Shown here: piece by piece, positions 37,340 to 45,449 of the stretch
How the letters are laid out: the number at the start of each line of letters is the position of its first letter
Position numbering within the stretch: the stretch's first letter is position 1
Source: Acidimicrobiia bacterium
GTDB taxonomy: Bacteria > Actinomycetota > Acidimicrobiia > Acidimicrobiales > CAIXPF01
DNA length: 53,891 nucleotides
Direction: 5' to 3'
NCBI GenBank assembly: GCA_009377505.1
Contig: WHTX01000002.1
Coordinates: 1-53,891 of the forward strand
Position numbers and translations under genes: made by a program
The notes under the pieces: model-generated
Databases searched by the model: none
Told to the model about the DNA's origin: nothing
Seen by the model: only the letters and a program-made list of their open reading frames with translations

Positions 37340-38662
37340 ATGCCGTGGACGATCGAGCAGATCGAACGACGTTTCCTCGGTTTCATGGAGGCCAACGGCC
37401 ACGTGGTGATCGAGGGCCACTCCGTGCGCTCTCCGACGGACGACGTCCTGTTCACGACGGCTGGGATGCACCCGCTCACGCCCTACCTCGGCGGCGAGCC
37501 GCACCCCGCCGGCCAGCGCCTGACCGATGTCCAGCGCTGCGTGCGCACCACGGACATCGACGAGGTCGGCGACGACACGCACCTGACGGTGTTCGAGATG
37601 CTCGGGAACTGGAGCCTCGGGTCGTACTTCAAGGAGACGGCCATCCCGCTGTCCTTCAAGCTCCTCACCGAGGAGTTCGGCATCGACCCGCACAGCCTGT
37701 ATGTCACCGTTTTCGCCGGTGACCGCGAGGTTCCCGTCGACGACGAGGCCCCGGCGATCTGGTCACAGGTCTTCACCGGAGCCGGGGTCGACCCGACCGG
37801 GCGGATCAACCCGCTGGGCGAGGAGGACAACTGGTGGTCGAACGGGCCCGTGGGCTTGTGCGGTCCCGACACGGAGATCTTCGTCTACGTCGGCGAAGAA
37901 GGCGTGCCCGTCTTCGGCGACAAACCGGAGTTCGTGGAGATCTGGAACAACGTCTTCATGACCTACGACCGCTCGAAAGACGGCGAACTGACCTCGCTGT
38001 CGCAACGAAACGTCGATACCGGCATGGGCCTCGAGCGCATCGCCATGTTCCTCAACCAGCACACGTCGGTGTGGCAGACCGACGAGCTGGCCGAGCTCGC
38101 CGAGGCCGTCGCCGCCACCCTCGGGACAAGCACCGCCGACCTCGACACCGACGGCACCCGCTCCCTGCGCATCGTCACCGACCACCTGCGAGCCGGCCTG
38201 GCCATCGCCGCCGCCGGCATCCAGCCTTCGGCCAGCCGCCAGGGCTACGTGCTGCGCAAGCTCGTCCGCCGCTCCCTGCGCCACGCCGAGCTGCTCAAGG
38301 GCACTGACGAGGGCCTCCTCGCCGCTTACGCGGCCGCGGCCGAGGCCGTGTCGCAGGTCGTCGGGCGGCGCTGGCCCGATGTCGGGGGCTCCCCCGACGG
38401 CGATGCCGCCCGGGCCGTGCTGAACAAGGAGGCCGGCCGCTTCGCCAAGACGCTGAAGTCCGGCGTCGAGCACCTCCACGACCTGGCCGAGCACGGTACG
38501 ACCTTCGACGGCGACCTGGCCTTCAACTTCGCCGACACGCTCGGCTACCCGGCCGAACTGGCCGCCGAGGAGGCGTCCAGGGTGGGCATGGCCGTCGACC
38601 CGGGCTGGGAGGCCCGCTTCGAGGAGCTCCGCGAGGAGCAACGGGCCCGCTCCCGCGGCTGA
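37340..38662 (+). CDS. Free-standing alanyl-tRNA-synthetase aminoacylation + tRNA-recognition domain paralogue (no editing domain, no C-Ala)
   Basis: GGAGG is 9 nt before ATG 37340. AlaRS motifs: FTTAGM, QRCVRTTDIDEVG, FEMLGNWSLGSYFK, GPDTEIF, EIWNNVFM, VDTGMGLERI, RIVTDHLRA, GYVLRKLVRR. 440 aa. Confidence 0.85.
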   Translation: MPWTIEQIERRFLGFMEANGHVVIEGHSVRSPTDDVLFTTAGMHPLTPYLGGEPHPAGQRLTDVQRCVRTTDIDEVGDDTHLTVFEMLGNWSLGSYFKETAIPLSFKLLTEEFGIDPHSLYVTVFAGDREVPVDDEAPAIWSQVFTGAGVDPTGRINPLGEEDNWWSNGPVGLCGPDTEIFVYVGEEGVPVFGDKPEFVEIWNNVFMTYDRSKDGELTSLSQRNVDTGMGLERIAMFLNQHTSVWQTDELAELAEAVAATLGTSTADLDTDGTRSLRIVTDHLRAGLAIAAAGIQPSASRQGYVLRKLVRRSLRHAELLKGTDEGLLAAYAAAAEAVSQVVGRRWPDVGGSPDGDAARAVLNKEAGRFAKTLKSGVEHLHDLAEHGTTFDGDLAFNFADTLGYPAELAAEEASRVGMAVDPGWEARFEELREEQRARSRG

Positions 38663-38689
38663 GCCCGGGACCGCCGGCGCGACGACTGG

Positions 38690-39478
38690 TCATCCCGCCC
38701 CCGGGCCCCAGCCGAAGGGGCCGCCGCTGCCACCGCCCCCCCAACCGAGCACCACGCCGGCGAGGGCGCCGACGGCAGCGACGACGACGAGGCCGATGGT
38801 CTCCGAGGGGCGCCTCGGCGTCCGGTCTGCCGGGTGGGGCGCGCCCGAGGCGAGCACGGCGCCCAGCCCGATGCCGATGGCCCACCCGGCCGGGTGGGTG
38901 AGGTCGTACACGAGGCCCGAGAACAGCAGCGGCCCGGGGAAGTAGCAGCTCAGCCCCACTCGCAGCCGGCGCCGCCACGCAACCGGCAGGTGGGCCGTCC
39001 ATGCCCCGAGCGTGGCGAACCCGCCCACCGACATGCCGAAGTCGATCGTGCCGGCCAGGTCTCGCGCCCAGGCCCAGTCGCCGTGGCGCAGGGGGTAGAG
39101 CAGGCCGCAGACGACGAGCACGCCGGCCAGCTGGCCCCCGACCAGCACCACGGCGGCGCGCCAGTGCCGGGCCACGTGCTCGTACAGCGCGATCCCGAGC
39201 AACGTGAACAGGGGCAAGGGCAGCGTCAGCGCCTCTACCAGGAACATGCCGCTGAGCAGGGCCCAGGGGCGCCCGTCGAGCAGCGGGGGCAGCCCGAAGC
39301 CGAGCCGGTCGACCTCGGTCGTCGTCACGTCGGGCCCGAGGGCGCGCGTCGCCCACGCCGTGGCCACCGCCGACGTGGCCACGGTCAAGAGCACGACGCG
39401 GTAGTCGAGCGGTGCCCGCAGGAGCGACCGCGCCAACCGCCGCCCGTCGTAGCGCGGCCGCGGCCGTGTCAGGGTCAT
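38690..39478 (-). CDS. Polytopic membrane protein, stand-alone paralogue of the N-terminal module of 39500-41944 (rhomboid-like, tentative)
   Basis: Collinear similarity to the fusion protein: GRPWALLSGMFL/GRWWTFFTGAFF; YEHVARHWRAAVVLVGGQ/YERRVGHWRALGVVVGGQ; DFGMSVGGFATLG/DLGISAGGFAVFG; DLTHPAGW/DVEHLVSW. Confidence 0.7.
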   Translation of the reverse strand: MTLTRPRPRYDGRRLARSLLRAPLDYRVVLLTVATSAVATAWATRALGPDVTTTEVDRLGFGLPPLLDGRPWALLSGMFLVEALTLPLPLFTLLGIALYEHVARHWRAAVVLVGGQLAGVLVVCGLLYPLRHGDWAWARDLAGTIDFGMSVGGFATLGAWTAHLPVAWRRRLRVGLSCYFPGPLLFSGLVYDLTHPAGWAIGIGLGAVLASGAPHPADRTPRRPSETIGLVVVAAVGALAGVVLGWGGGGSGGPFGWGPGAG

Positions 39479-39499
39479 CGATGCGGCTCGAGTGCCGGC

Positions 39500-41944
39500 T
39501 CAGCCGCGACCGGGCTTCGCCATGTCCCACGTCATCATCGCCCAGTCCTTGAGCCCGGCATCGGGCATGTAGGCACGAGCGATGGCGACGCCGATCTCGA
39601 GGAGCGTCGACTCGTCGGGGAAGACGAGGTACATGGGGCGGAACACGGGCTGGAACTTGGTCTTGAAGGCGTGCAGGGACCGGAAGCCGTAGTAGGGCTC
39701 GAGCGAGTCGCCGAGGAAGTCGAGCAGCTTCTGGAGCACCCGCTGGTCGCTGCTGCCGGCGAGGTGGTCGGGGGCCCTGGCGAGCGGGGCGGCGGAAAGG
39801 CTGATGAAGCGGAAGCCCTCGTCCTTGAACTCGAGCGCCGAGGCGCCGATCAGGTACTCCATCACCGGCCTGAAGCCCTCGTCCCGGCGCCGCATGAGGT
39901 CGAGCGTCCAGCCGATCACCTCGCCGTCCTCGCCGACAGGCATCCAGGACGTGAAGCCCTCGACCGTGGAGTCCTCGTCCATCGCCACGTGGAGCCGCAC
40001 CTCGGGGTCGTCGGCCTCGCGGAGGGTGCCCAAGGTGAAGCCCATCTCCGGCAGCGACTTGTCCGAGACCCAGCCGTTGCTGATGACGTGGAGCTGGTCG
40101 GTGAGCACGGGCTTGGCCTCGGCCCACCGTGTCTTCTCGAGGCGGATGTTCAGCTTGCCGGCCTTGTTCATGGCCGTGCGGACGTCCTGCCACGCCTTGC
40201 CCTTGAACTCGAGGCCCTCGAGGCCGACGACGCCGTCCTCGGCCACCTCCACGGCCTTCCAGCGCAGCTCGGGGGCGAGCGCCGCCGTCTCCTCGCTGGC
40301 GGCGAACATGCAGGGGAGCCAGCCTCGCTCGAAGCAGAAGGCGTCGAACTCCTGCATGGCCGCCAGCCTCTTGCCCGCCGGCCCCACGGGGTCGGCCAGG
40401 CACAGGGCCACCGAGCCCACCACCCTGAAGCCGATGGCGGTCTCGCCGTCGGCGGAGAACCACACCGTGTTGCCCCGCCACGTCAGCATCCACTCGATGG
40501 ACGAGGAGTGGTTGGCCAGCAGCAGCGCCCGCAGGCGGGCGTCCTGCTCGGGCTCGGGCCGGGGACGGCGCGAGGCGTAGACCAACCCGATCACCGTGAC
40601 GATGATGGCGCCGATCCACACGAGGGCGATCGAGCGGACGAACAGCTCGGCCGCGTCCGTCGCCGGCTCGATGTTGCCGCTCGTTGAGAAGAAGAGGCGG
40701 CTGACGAACTCAGCCACCATGTCCGCCGGCCGGGCCCGGGGGACGAAGTCGTCCTGGAGCACGGCGAAGCCGATTGCGGTGTAGGCGAAGAGCCCGAGGG
40801 CGACCTTGAGGAGCCGCCCACCGGCGCGGCGGAACGAGTGCTGCGGGGACCGCGCCGTGAAGGCCCGGTAGGTGACGAGCAGGAGCAGCAGCAGCCCGCC
40901 CGTGATGACCAGGTCCGCCGTGCGCTCCGAGCTGGCGTCCACGGCGAGGAGGCTCAGGAAGCTGAGGGCCATGAGCCCCGTCGTCAGGCCCCAGGCGAAG
41001 CGGCGCCCGCGCCGCAACCCGTCGGCCAGGGCCAGCCAGACGATCGAGGACACCACCAGGGCCAGCGTGACCCCTGACGGGTGGTAGGCGTCATCGCCGG
41101 CGTGGAAGGGGCCCCCGTTGCCCTGCCAGATGGCCGCCAGCAATGCCGACAACGCCGAGACGGCGACGACGAGCGCCACCACCGAGCGCTGCAGGCGGCG
41201 GCCGAACCGCACCGCCGGCTGCACGGGCCGCCTCCCGGCCAGGAGGGGGCCGGCAGCCATGCCCAGCGTCCAGGAGACGAGGTGCTCCACGTCCCACAGG
41301 AGGCCAGCGTTGAGGAGCATGGCGATCAGGTAGGCCGTGACCGCGGCGCGTACCCGCACCCGCCACGTGGGCTGCATGACCGCCGTCAGGGCGCCGAAGA
41401 CGGCGAAGCCCCCAGCCGAGATCCCGAGGTCGAGCTCCCTGCCGAGCTCGACGGCCCAGGTCCAGCCGGTGTCGCGGAACAGGTAGAGGAACCCAGCGGT
41501 GAGCATCGAGCCGAACGCCTGGCCGCCGACGACGACCCCCAGGGCCCGCCAGTGCCCGACGCGGCGCTCGTAGGTGCTCGCCGCCGCCACCAGCAGGACG
41601 AGGATGGGGATGTAGAGGACGATCTGGGGCACGAAGAAGGCCCCGGTGAAGAACGTCCACCAGCGGCCTTCCCGGAGGGCGGGCAGGCCGTAGGCCACGG
41701 CGTCATAGAGGCTGTCGCCCTCGCTGATCCCCCGCCAGGCCGCGCCGGTGACGAGCCCGGCGCCGACACAGAGGACGACGAGGGCGGCGGTGGCCGGGTA
41801 CCGGCGGACGACGCCTGACACCCAGGCGGCGGCACGCCCCGCCCGTCCAGTTGCCGCTCCCGGCGCCGGGGCCTCGGGCCCGTCGGCTGGAGGGCCACCG
41901 TGTTCGTCGAGGGTACTCGTCGGGCTCGCCACGTCGCAGATCAT
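39500..41944 (-). CDS. Membrane fusion protein: rhomboid-like module + TM region + C-terminal aminoacyl-phosphatidylglycerol synthase (DUF2156, MprF/LysX-type) domain
   Basis: The C-terminal ~350 aa has aaPGS hallmarks: VWFSADG, GWTLDLMRRR, PVMEYLI, FISLSAAPLA, YYGFRSLHAFKTKFQPVFRPMYLVF. Start at ATG 41944 is tentative. Confidence 0.8.
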   Translation of the reverse strand: MICDVASPTSTLDEHGGPPADGPEAPAPGAATGRAGRAAAWVSGVVRRYPATAALVVLCVGAGLVTGAAWRGISEGDSLYDAVAYGLPALREGRWWTFFTGAFFVPQIVLYIPILVLLVAAASTYERRVGHWRALGVVVGGQAFGSMLTAGFLYLFRDTGWTWAVELGRELDLGISAGGFAVFGALTAVMQPTWRVRVRAAVTAYLIAMLLNAGLLWDVEHLVSWTLGMAAGPLLAGRRPVQPAVRFGRRLQRSVVALVVAVSALSALLAAIWQGNGGPFHAGDDAYHPSGVTLALVVSSIVWLALADGLRRGRRFAWGLTTGLMALSFLSLLAVDASSERTADLVITGGLLLLLLVTYRAFTARSPQHSFRRAGGRLLKVALGLFAYTAIGFAVLQDDFVPRARPADMVAEFVSRLFFSTSGNIEPATDAAELFVRSIALVWIGAIIVTVIGLVYASRRPRPEPEQDARLRALLLANHSSSIEWMLTWRGNTVWFSADGETAIGFRVVGSVALCLADPVGPAGKRLAAMQEFDAFCFERGWLPCMFAASEETAALAPELRWKAVEVAEDGVVGLEGLEFKGKAWQDVRTAMNKAGKLNIRLEKTRWAEAKPVLTDQLHVISNGWVSDKSLPEMGFTLGTLREADDPEVRLHVAMDEDSTVEGFTSWMPVGEDGEVIGWTLDLMRRRDEGFRPVMEYLIGASALEFKDEGFRFISLSAAPLARAPDHLAGSSDQRVLQKLLDFLGDSLEPYYGFRSLHAFKTKFQPVFRPMYLVFPDESTLLEIGVAIARAYMPDAGLKDWAMMTWDMAKPGRG

Positions 41945-42059
41945 CGCATGGCCGTCGGTCGCCCTGCTCGGACCAGTGGCGCGATGACCGCATTGAGCGG
42001 TCGACGCCCCAGACCACGGGCAGCAGCGCCCTCGCCACCAGGGTGCGCAGGTGCTGTGG

Positions 42060-42635
42060 TCAGGACAGGGCGAGCGTGGTGACGCCTCGGCGCACGTCGA
42101 AGGCCCGGAAGATGTTGGCCACCCCTTCGAACAGCGCCCCGAAGCCCACCCAGATGACGAGCAGGGTGATCGACCGCCCTTCATAGCCAGCAGCCCAGAA
42201 GCCCACGCCGATCTCGGCGAGCCCGGCGACGAGGCCGAGCCACCAGAGCTCGGTGAGCCCCCGGCTCATGATGGCGACCATGACGGTGAAGACGCCCTTG
42301 AAGAGCAGGTACCAGCCGATGATGGCTGCGAGCACGAGGAAGGTGGCCTCGGGCCATGCCACGGCGACGATGCCGGTGAGGATGAAGAGCACGCCGACCG
42401 CGGCGCGCAACCACTTCCAACCCTCGATGACCGAGAGGGTGGCGAGGTAGACGAGGCCGTTGGCGATCATCGAGAAGCCGGCGAACAAGGCGATCGACCA
42501 GACCGTCCTCCACTCGAAGGAGAGCACGACCCAGCCGAACACCAGCCACAGGCCGCCGATGACGAGCAACACCCACCATTGTCCCTGGTCGCGCTCATCG
42601 GCAGCGACAGACGTCTGGCGTTCGGTGACGGCCAT
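42060..42635 (-). CDS. HdeD-family (DUF308) acid-resistance membrane protein
   Basis: Six-TM protein with a repeated WW/GW pattern (QWWVLLVIGGLWLVFGWVVL...), typical of HdeD. Confidence 0.75.
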   Translation of the reverse strand: MAVTERQTSVAADERDQGQWWVLLVIGGLWLVFGWVVLSFEWRTVWSIALFAGFSMIANGLVYLATLSVIEGWKWLRAAVGVLFILTGIVAVAWPEATFLVLAAIIGWYLLFKGVFTVMVAIMSRGLTELWWLGLVAGLAEIGVGFWAAGYEGRSITLLVIWVGFGALFEGVANIFRAFDVRRGVTTLALS

Positions 42636-42791
42636 GGCAACCCCCCTGGTCAGACCGATATCTCAGTCGATGACCACGCGAGACTGTAGCCATCACCGCC
42701 GCGGCGCGGCGTGTGGCAACATGGCAACATGGTGCTGGCCCGCGGCCCGACTGGCGACCATGGCTGACCATCGCCGACCAGGCTGGCTCGG

Positions 42792-44117
42792 TCAGTCGAC
42801 GGCGTCGGCCGCCCGCTCGAGTCGCCCGTCGGCTCCGACGGGCAGGCTGAGCAGGAGCAGGAAGCCGGTGGCGGCCAGGGCGAAGGCCACCAAGATGGCC
42901 CAGCGGTACGAGTCGGTGCGGTCGATCAGCCAACCGGCCGACGGCGGGCCGAGCAAGCCGCCGAGACCGGAGGCGGTGTAGAAGAGCCCGAGGACCGAGC
43001 CGAGCCCGGCCACGCCGAGGCGGTCGCTGAGCACGATGGGGCTCAGGGACACGAACCCGCCGTAGCCGACGCCGAGCACCATCACGAACAGCGCCATGAG
43101 GGCGAAGGACGACCCGGCCACCAACCAGATCAGGAAGCTGGCGGCGTGCACGGCCAGGCAGGTGCGGTAGAGCCGGAAGGAGCCGAGCCGGCGCACCAGG
43201 GTGCCGAACCCGACCCGGGCCACGACGCTCGAGCCGCCGAGCACGTCGACGAGAACGGCCGCGGGCACGGGCCCCACGCCCCGGTCCTTGGCGTGCTGGC
43301 CGACGAAGACGAAGGGCACGAACAGGGCGAGGGCCATGAACGAGGCCGAGAGGTGGAGGCGCCGGAAGGTGGGCGAGGCCCACGCCTGGCCGAAACGGGC
43401 AGCCGACGGCCGGCCGTCGGTGGGCGGCGCGGCGGTCAGGGGCAGGCACACGCCGAGCAGCACCGCCGCCCCGCCCACGCCGAAGATGACGTAGGTGTCG
43501 CGCCAGCCGTAGCGGTCGACCAGCGCCGCGGCCACGGGCGAGAGCACCAGCGTGCCCACGCCGATGCCGGCCACGGCGAGGCCGACGGCGATGGCCCGCC
43601 GGTGACGGAACCAGCCGCCGACCACGGCGACCATCGGTACGTAGCCGCAGGCTGCCGCCACCCCGACACCGACGCCGTAGGTCAGGTAGCCGACGCCCAG
43701 GGACTCGACGCGGCTCGTGGCGACCAGCCCGAGGAGCAGGGCCACCCCGCCCAGCGCGAGGATCGGCCGGGGGCCGAAGCGGTCCACGGCCCGACCGGTC
43801 AGGATGCTGAGGAAGAAGAACGCGAACGTGGTCAGCCCGAAGATCACCGCGGTGGCGCTCCGGTCGCTGTCGAACTCGGCGGCCATGGAGTCGAAGAAGG
43901 CGCCGAAGCTGTACGCCGTCCCGAGCGTCACCGCGGACGAGAAGAAGGCGGCGACCACCGCCAGCCAACCCCGCCGGGAGTCGAGGTCGTGGGCCGTGGC
44001 GCTCGTCACGGCGGCGGATGCTATCGAGCGCCCGCCTGCCGCCCGGCCCCTATGGTCGGGCTGGTGCACGTCTCGGTGGTGCTCCCCGGGCTCGCCCACG
44101 AGCACCTCGGGGCACAA
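42792..44117 (-). CDS. MFS transporter (OFA-like); start uncertain (alternative GTG 44009)
   Basis: 12-TM profile. GRAVDRFGPRP loop 2-3 motif. Confidence 0.8.
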   Translation of the reverse strand: MCPEVLVGEPGEHHRDVHQPDHRGRAAGGRSIASAAVTSATAHDLDSRRGWLAVVAAFFSSAVTLGTAYSFGAFFDSMAAEFDSDRSATAVIFGLTTFAFFFLSILTGRAVDRFGPRPILALGGVALLLGLVATSRVESLGVGYLTYGVGVGVAAACGYVPMVAVVGGWFRHRRAIAVGLAVAGIGVGTLVLSPVAAALVDRYGWRDTYVIFGVGGAAVLLGVCLPLTAAPPTDGRPSAARFGQAWASPTFRRLHLSASFMALALFVPFVFVGQHAKDRGVGPVPAAVLVDVLGGSSVVARVGFGTLVRRLGSFRLYRTCLAVHAASFLIWLVAGSSFALMALFVMVLGVGYGGFVSLSPIVLSDRLGVAGLGSVLGLFYTASGLGGLLGPPSAGWLIDRTDSYRWAILVAFALAATGFLLLLSLPVGADGRLERAADAVD

Positions 44118-44161
44118 CGCAGGTTTCGGGCGGGGCGCACGGCCCAGGCCGGCGGCCCCCG

Positions 44162-44818
44162 ATGATCCCGGTGCCCCACGGCTTCGACGTCACGTTGCTC
44201 CTCTGGCTGAACCTGGCCGGCACCTTCACCTTCGGCCTCAGCGGCGGGCTGGCGGCGGTACGGGCCCGTCTCGACCTCTTCGGCGTCCTCGTGCTCGCCG
44301 CCGTCGTGGGGCTGGCCGGGGGCATCACCCGTGACCTGTTGATCGGCGTCCCCCCGTCCACGTTCCGCGACTGGCACTACCTGGCTGCGGTCGGCGCCGC
44401 GGGCCTGGTGTCCTTCTTCGGCCGTCCTGCCCTCGAGCGCCGCTGGCGGCTGGTGCAGCTGTTCGACGCCATGGGCCTCGCCCTCGTCTGCGTCACGGGC
44501 GCGAGCCGGGCGCTCGCCTTCGGGCTGGGCCCGGCGCAGGCGATCATCCTCGGCGCGATCAGCAGCATCGGGGGCGGCATCCTGCGCGACGTGCTGCTGC
44601 GCCAGGTCCCCACCGTCCTCCGCCAGGACCTCTACGCCGTGCCTGCCGTGCTCGGCGCGGCGGTCGTGACCATCGCCCACGAGGCTGGCGCCACCCACGG
44701 CGCGTTCGCCGTGCTCGGCGCCGGGTTGTGCTTCGGGACCCGGCTGCTCGGCATCCACCGGGGGCTCAGCATGCCGCTCGCGCCCAGTGAGCGCCGCGAC
44801 GAGCCCCCAGCCGACTGA
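44162..44818 (+). CDS. Trimeric intracellular cation channel (TRIC/UPF0126) family membrane protein
   Basis: Two internal repeats, each with a GGGxxRD motif (GLAGGITRDLL; SIGGGILRDVL). Confidence 0.8.
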   Translation: MIPVPHGFDVTLLLWLNLAGTFTFGLSGGLAAVRARLDLFGVLVLAAVVGLAGGITRDLLIGVPPSTFRDWHYLAAVGAAGLVSFFGRPALERRWRLVQLFDAMGLALVCVTGASRALAFGLGPAQAIILGAISSIGGGILRDVLLRQVPTVLRQDLYAVPAVLGAAVVTIAHEAGATHGAFAVLGAGLCFGTRLLGIHRGLSMPLAPSERRDEPPAD

Positions 44819-44900
44819 GCCACCTTGCCGGCCCGGCCGGGCACCTTCCCCCGGTCGCCGCTCATGTGCTTGAGCCCTCAACCAGTTAGGGTCGCGGGCC

Positions 44901-45449
44901 ATGGCCGAGGGGGAACGCTGGCTCACCAGCGACGAGCAGGCCTCGTGGCGGGCCTTCATGCTCGCCCGGCAGCGCCTCGAGGGGGCCCTGGAGGCGCAGC
45001 TCCAGCGCGACGCCGGAATGCCCCACGCCTACTACGTGACCCTCGTCGCCCTCTCCGAGGCCGACCACGAGGCGATGCGCATGAGCGACCTCGCCCGGGT
45101 GCTGCACTACTCGCCGAGCCGGCTCACCCACGCCGTGGCCAGCATGGAGCGCAGCGGCTGGGTTCGCCGCCAGCCGTGCCCCACCGACCGGCGGGGCCAG
45201 GTCGCCGTCCTCACCGCCGAGGGCCGCCGTGCCCTCGAGGGCGCAGCGCCCGGCCACGTGGCCGAGGTGCGCCGGCTCGTCTTCGACCGCCTCTCCCCCG
45301 AGCAGGCCGCGCAGCTGCGGGTCATCTGCCGAACGGTCCTCGAGGGCCTTCGCGGACCGGCTGGCGCGCCGACCAACGCGCCGGCCGGCTCACCCGGCGA
45401 ACTCGCGCACGGGCAGGCCGACGGCGCCGACGGCCGCCACGAAGAGTGA
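44901..45449 (+). CDS. MarR-family transcriptional regulator
   Basis: Winged-HTH pattern: MRMSDLARVLHYSPSRLTHAVASMERSGWVRRQPCPTDRRGQVAVLT. Confidence 0.85.
   Translation: MAEGERWLTSDEQASWRAFMLARQRLEGALEAQLQRDAGMPHAYYVTLVALSEADHEAMRMSDLARVLHYSPSRLTHAVASMERSGWVRRQPCPTDRRGQVAVLTAEGRRALEGAAPGHVAEVRRLVFDRLSPEQAAQLRVICRTVLEGLRGPAGAPTNAPAGSPGELAHGQADGADGRHEE

Noticed and set aside
42713-42730. TGGCAACA-TGGCAACA direct repeat upstream of hdeD, superficially like a sigma-54 -24/-12 element
   Set aside because: It is on the wrong strand for the downstream gene, the spacing does not fit TGGCAC-N5-TTGC, and Actinomycetota generally lack sigma-54.
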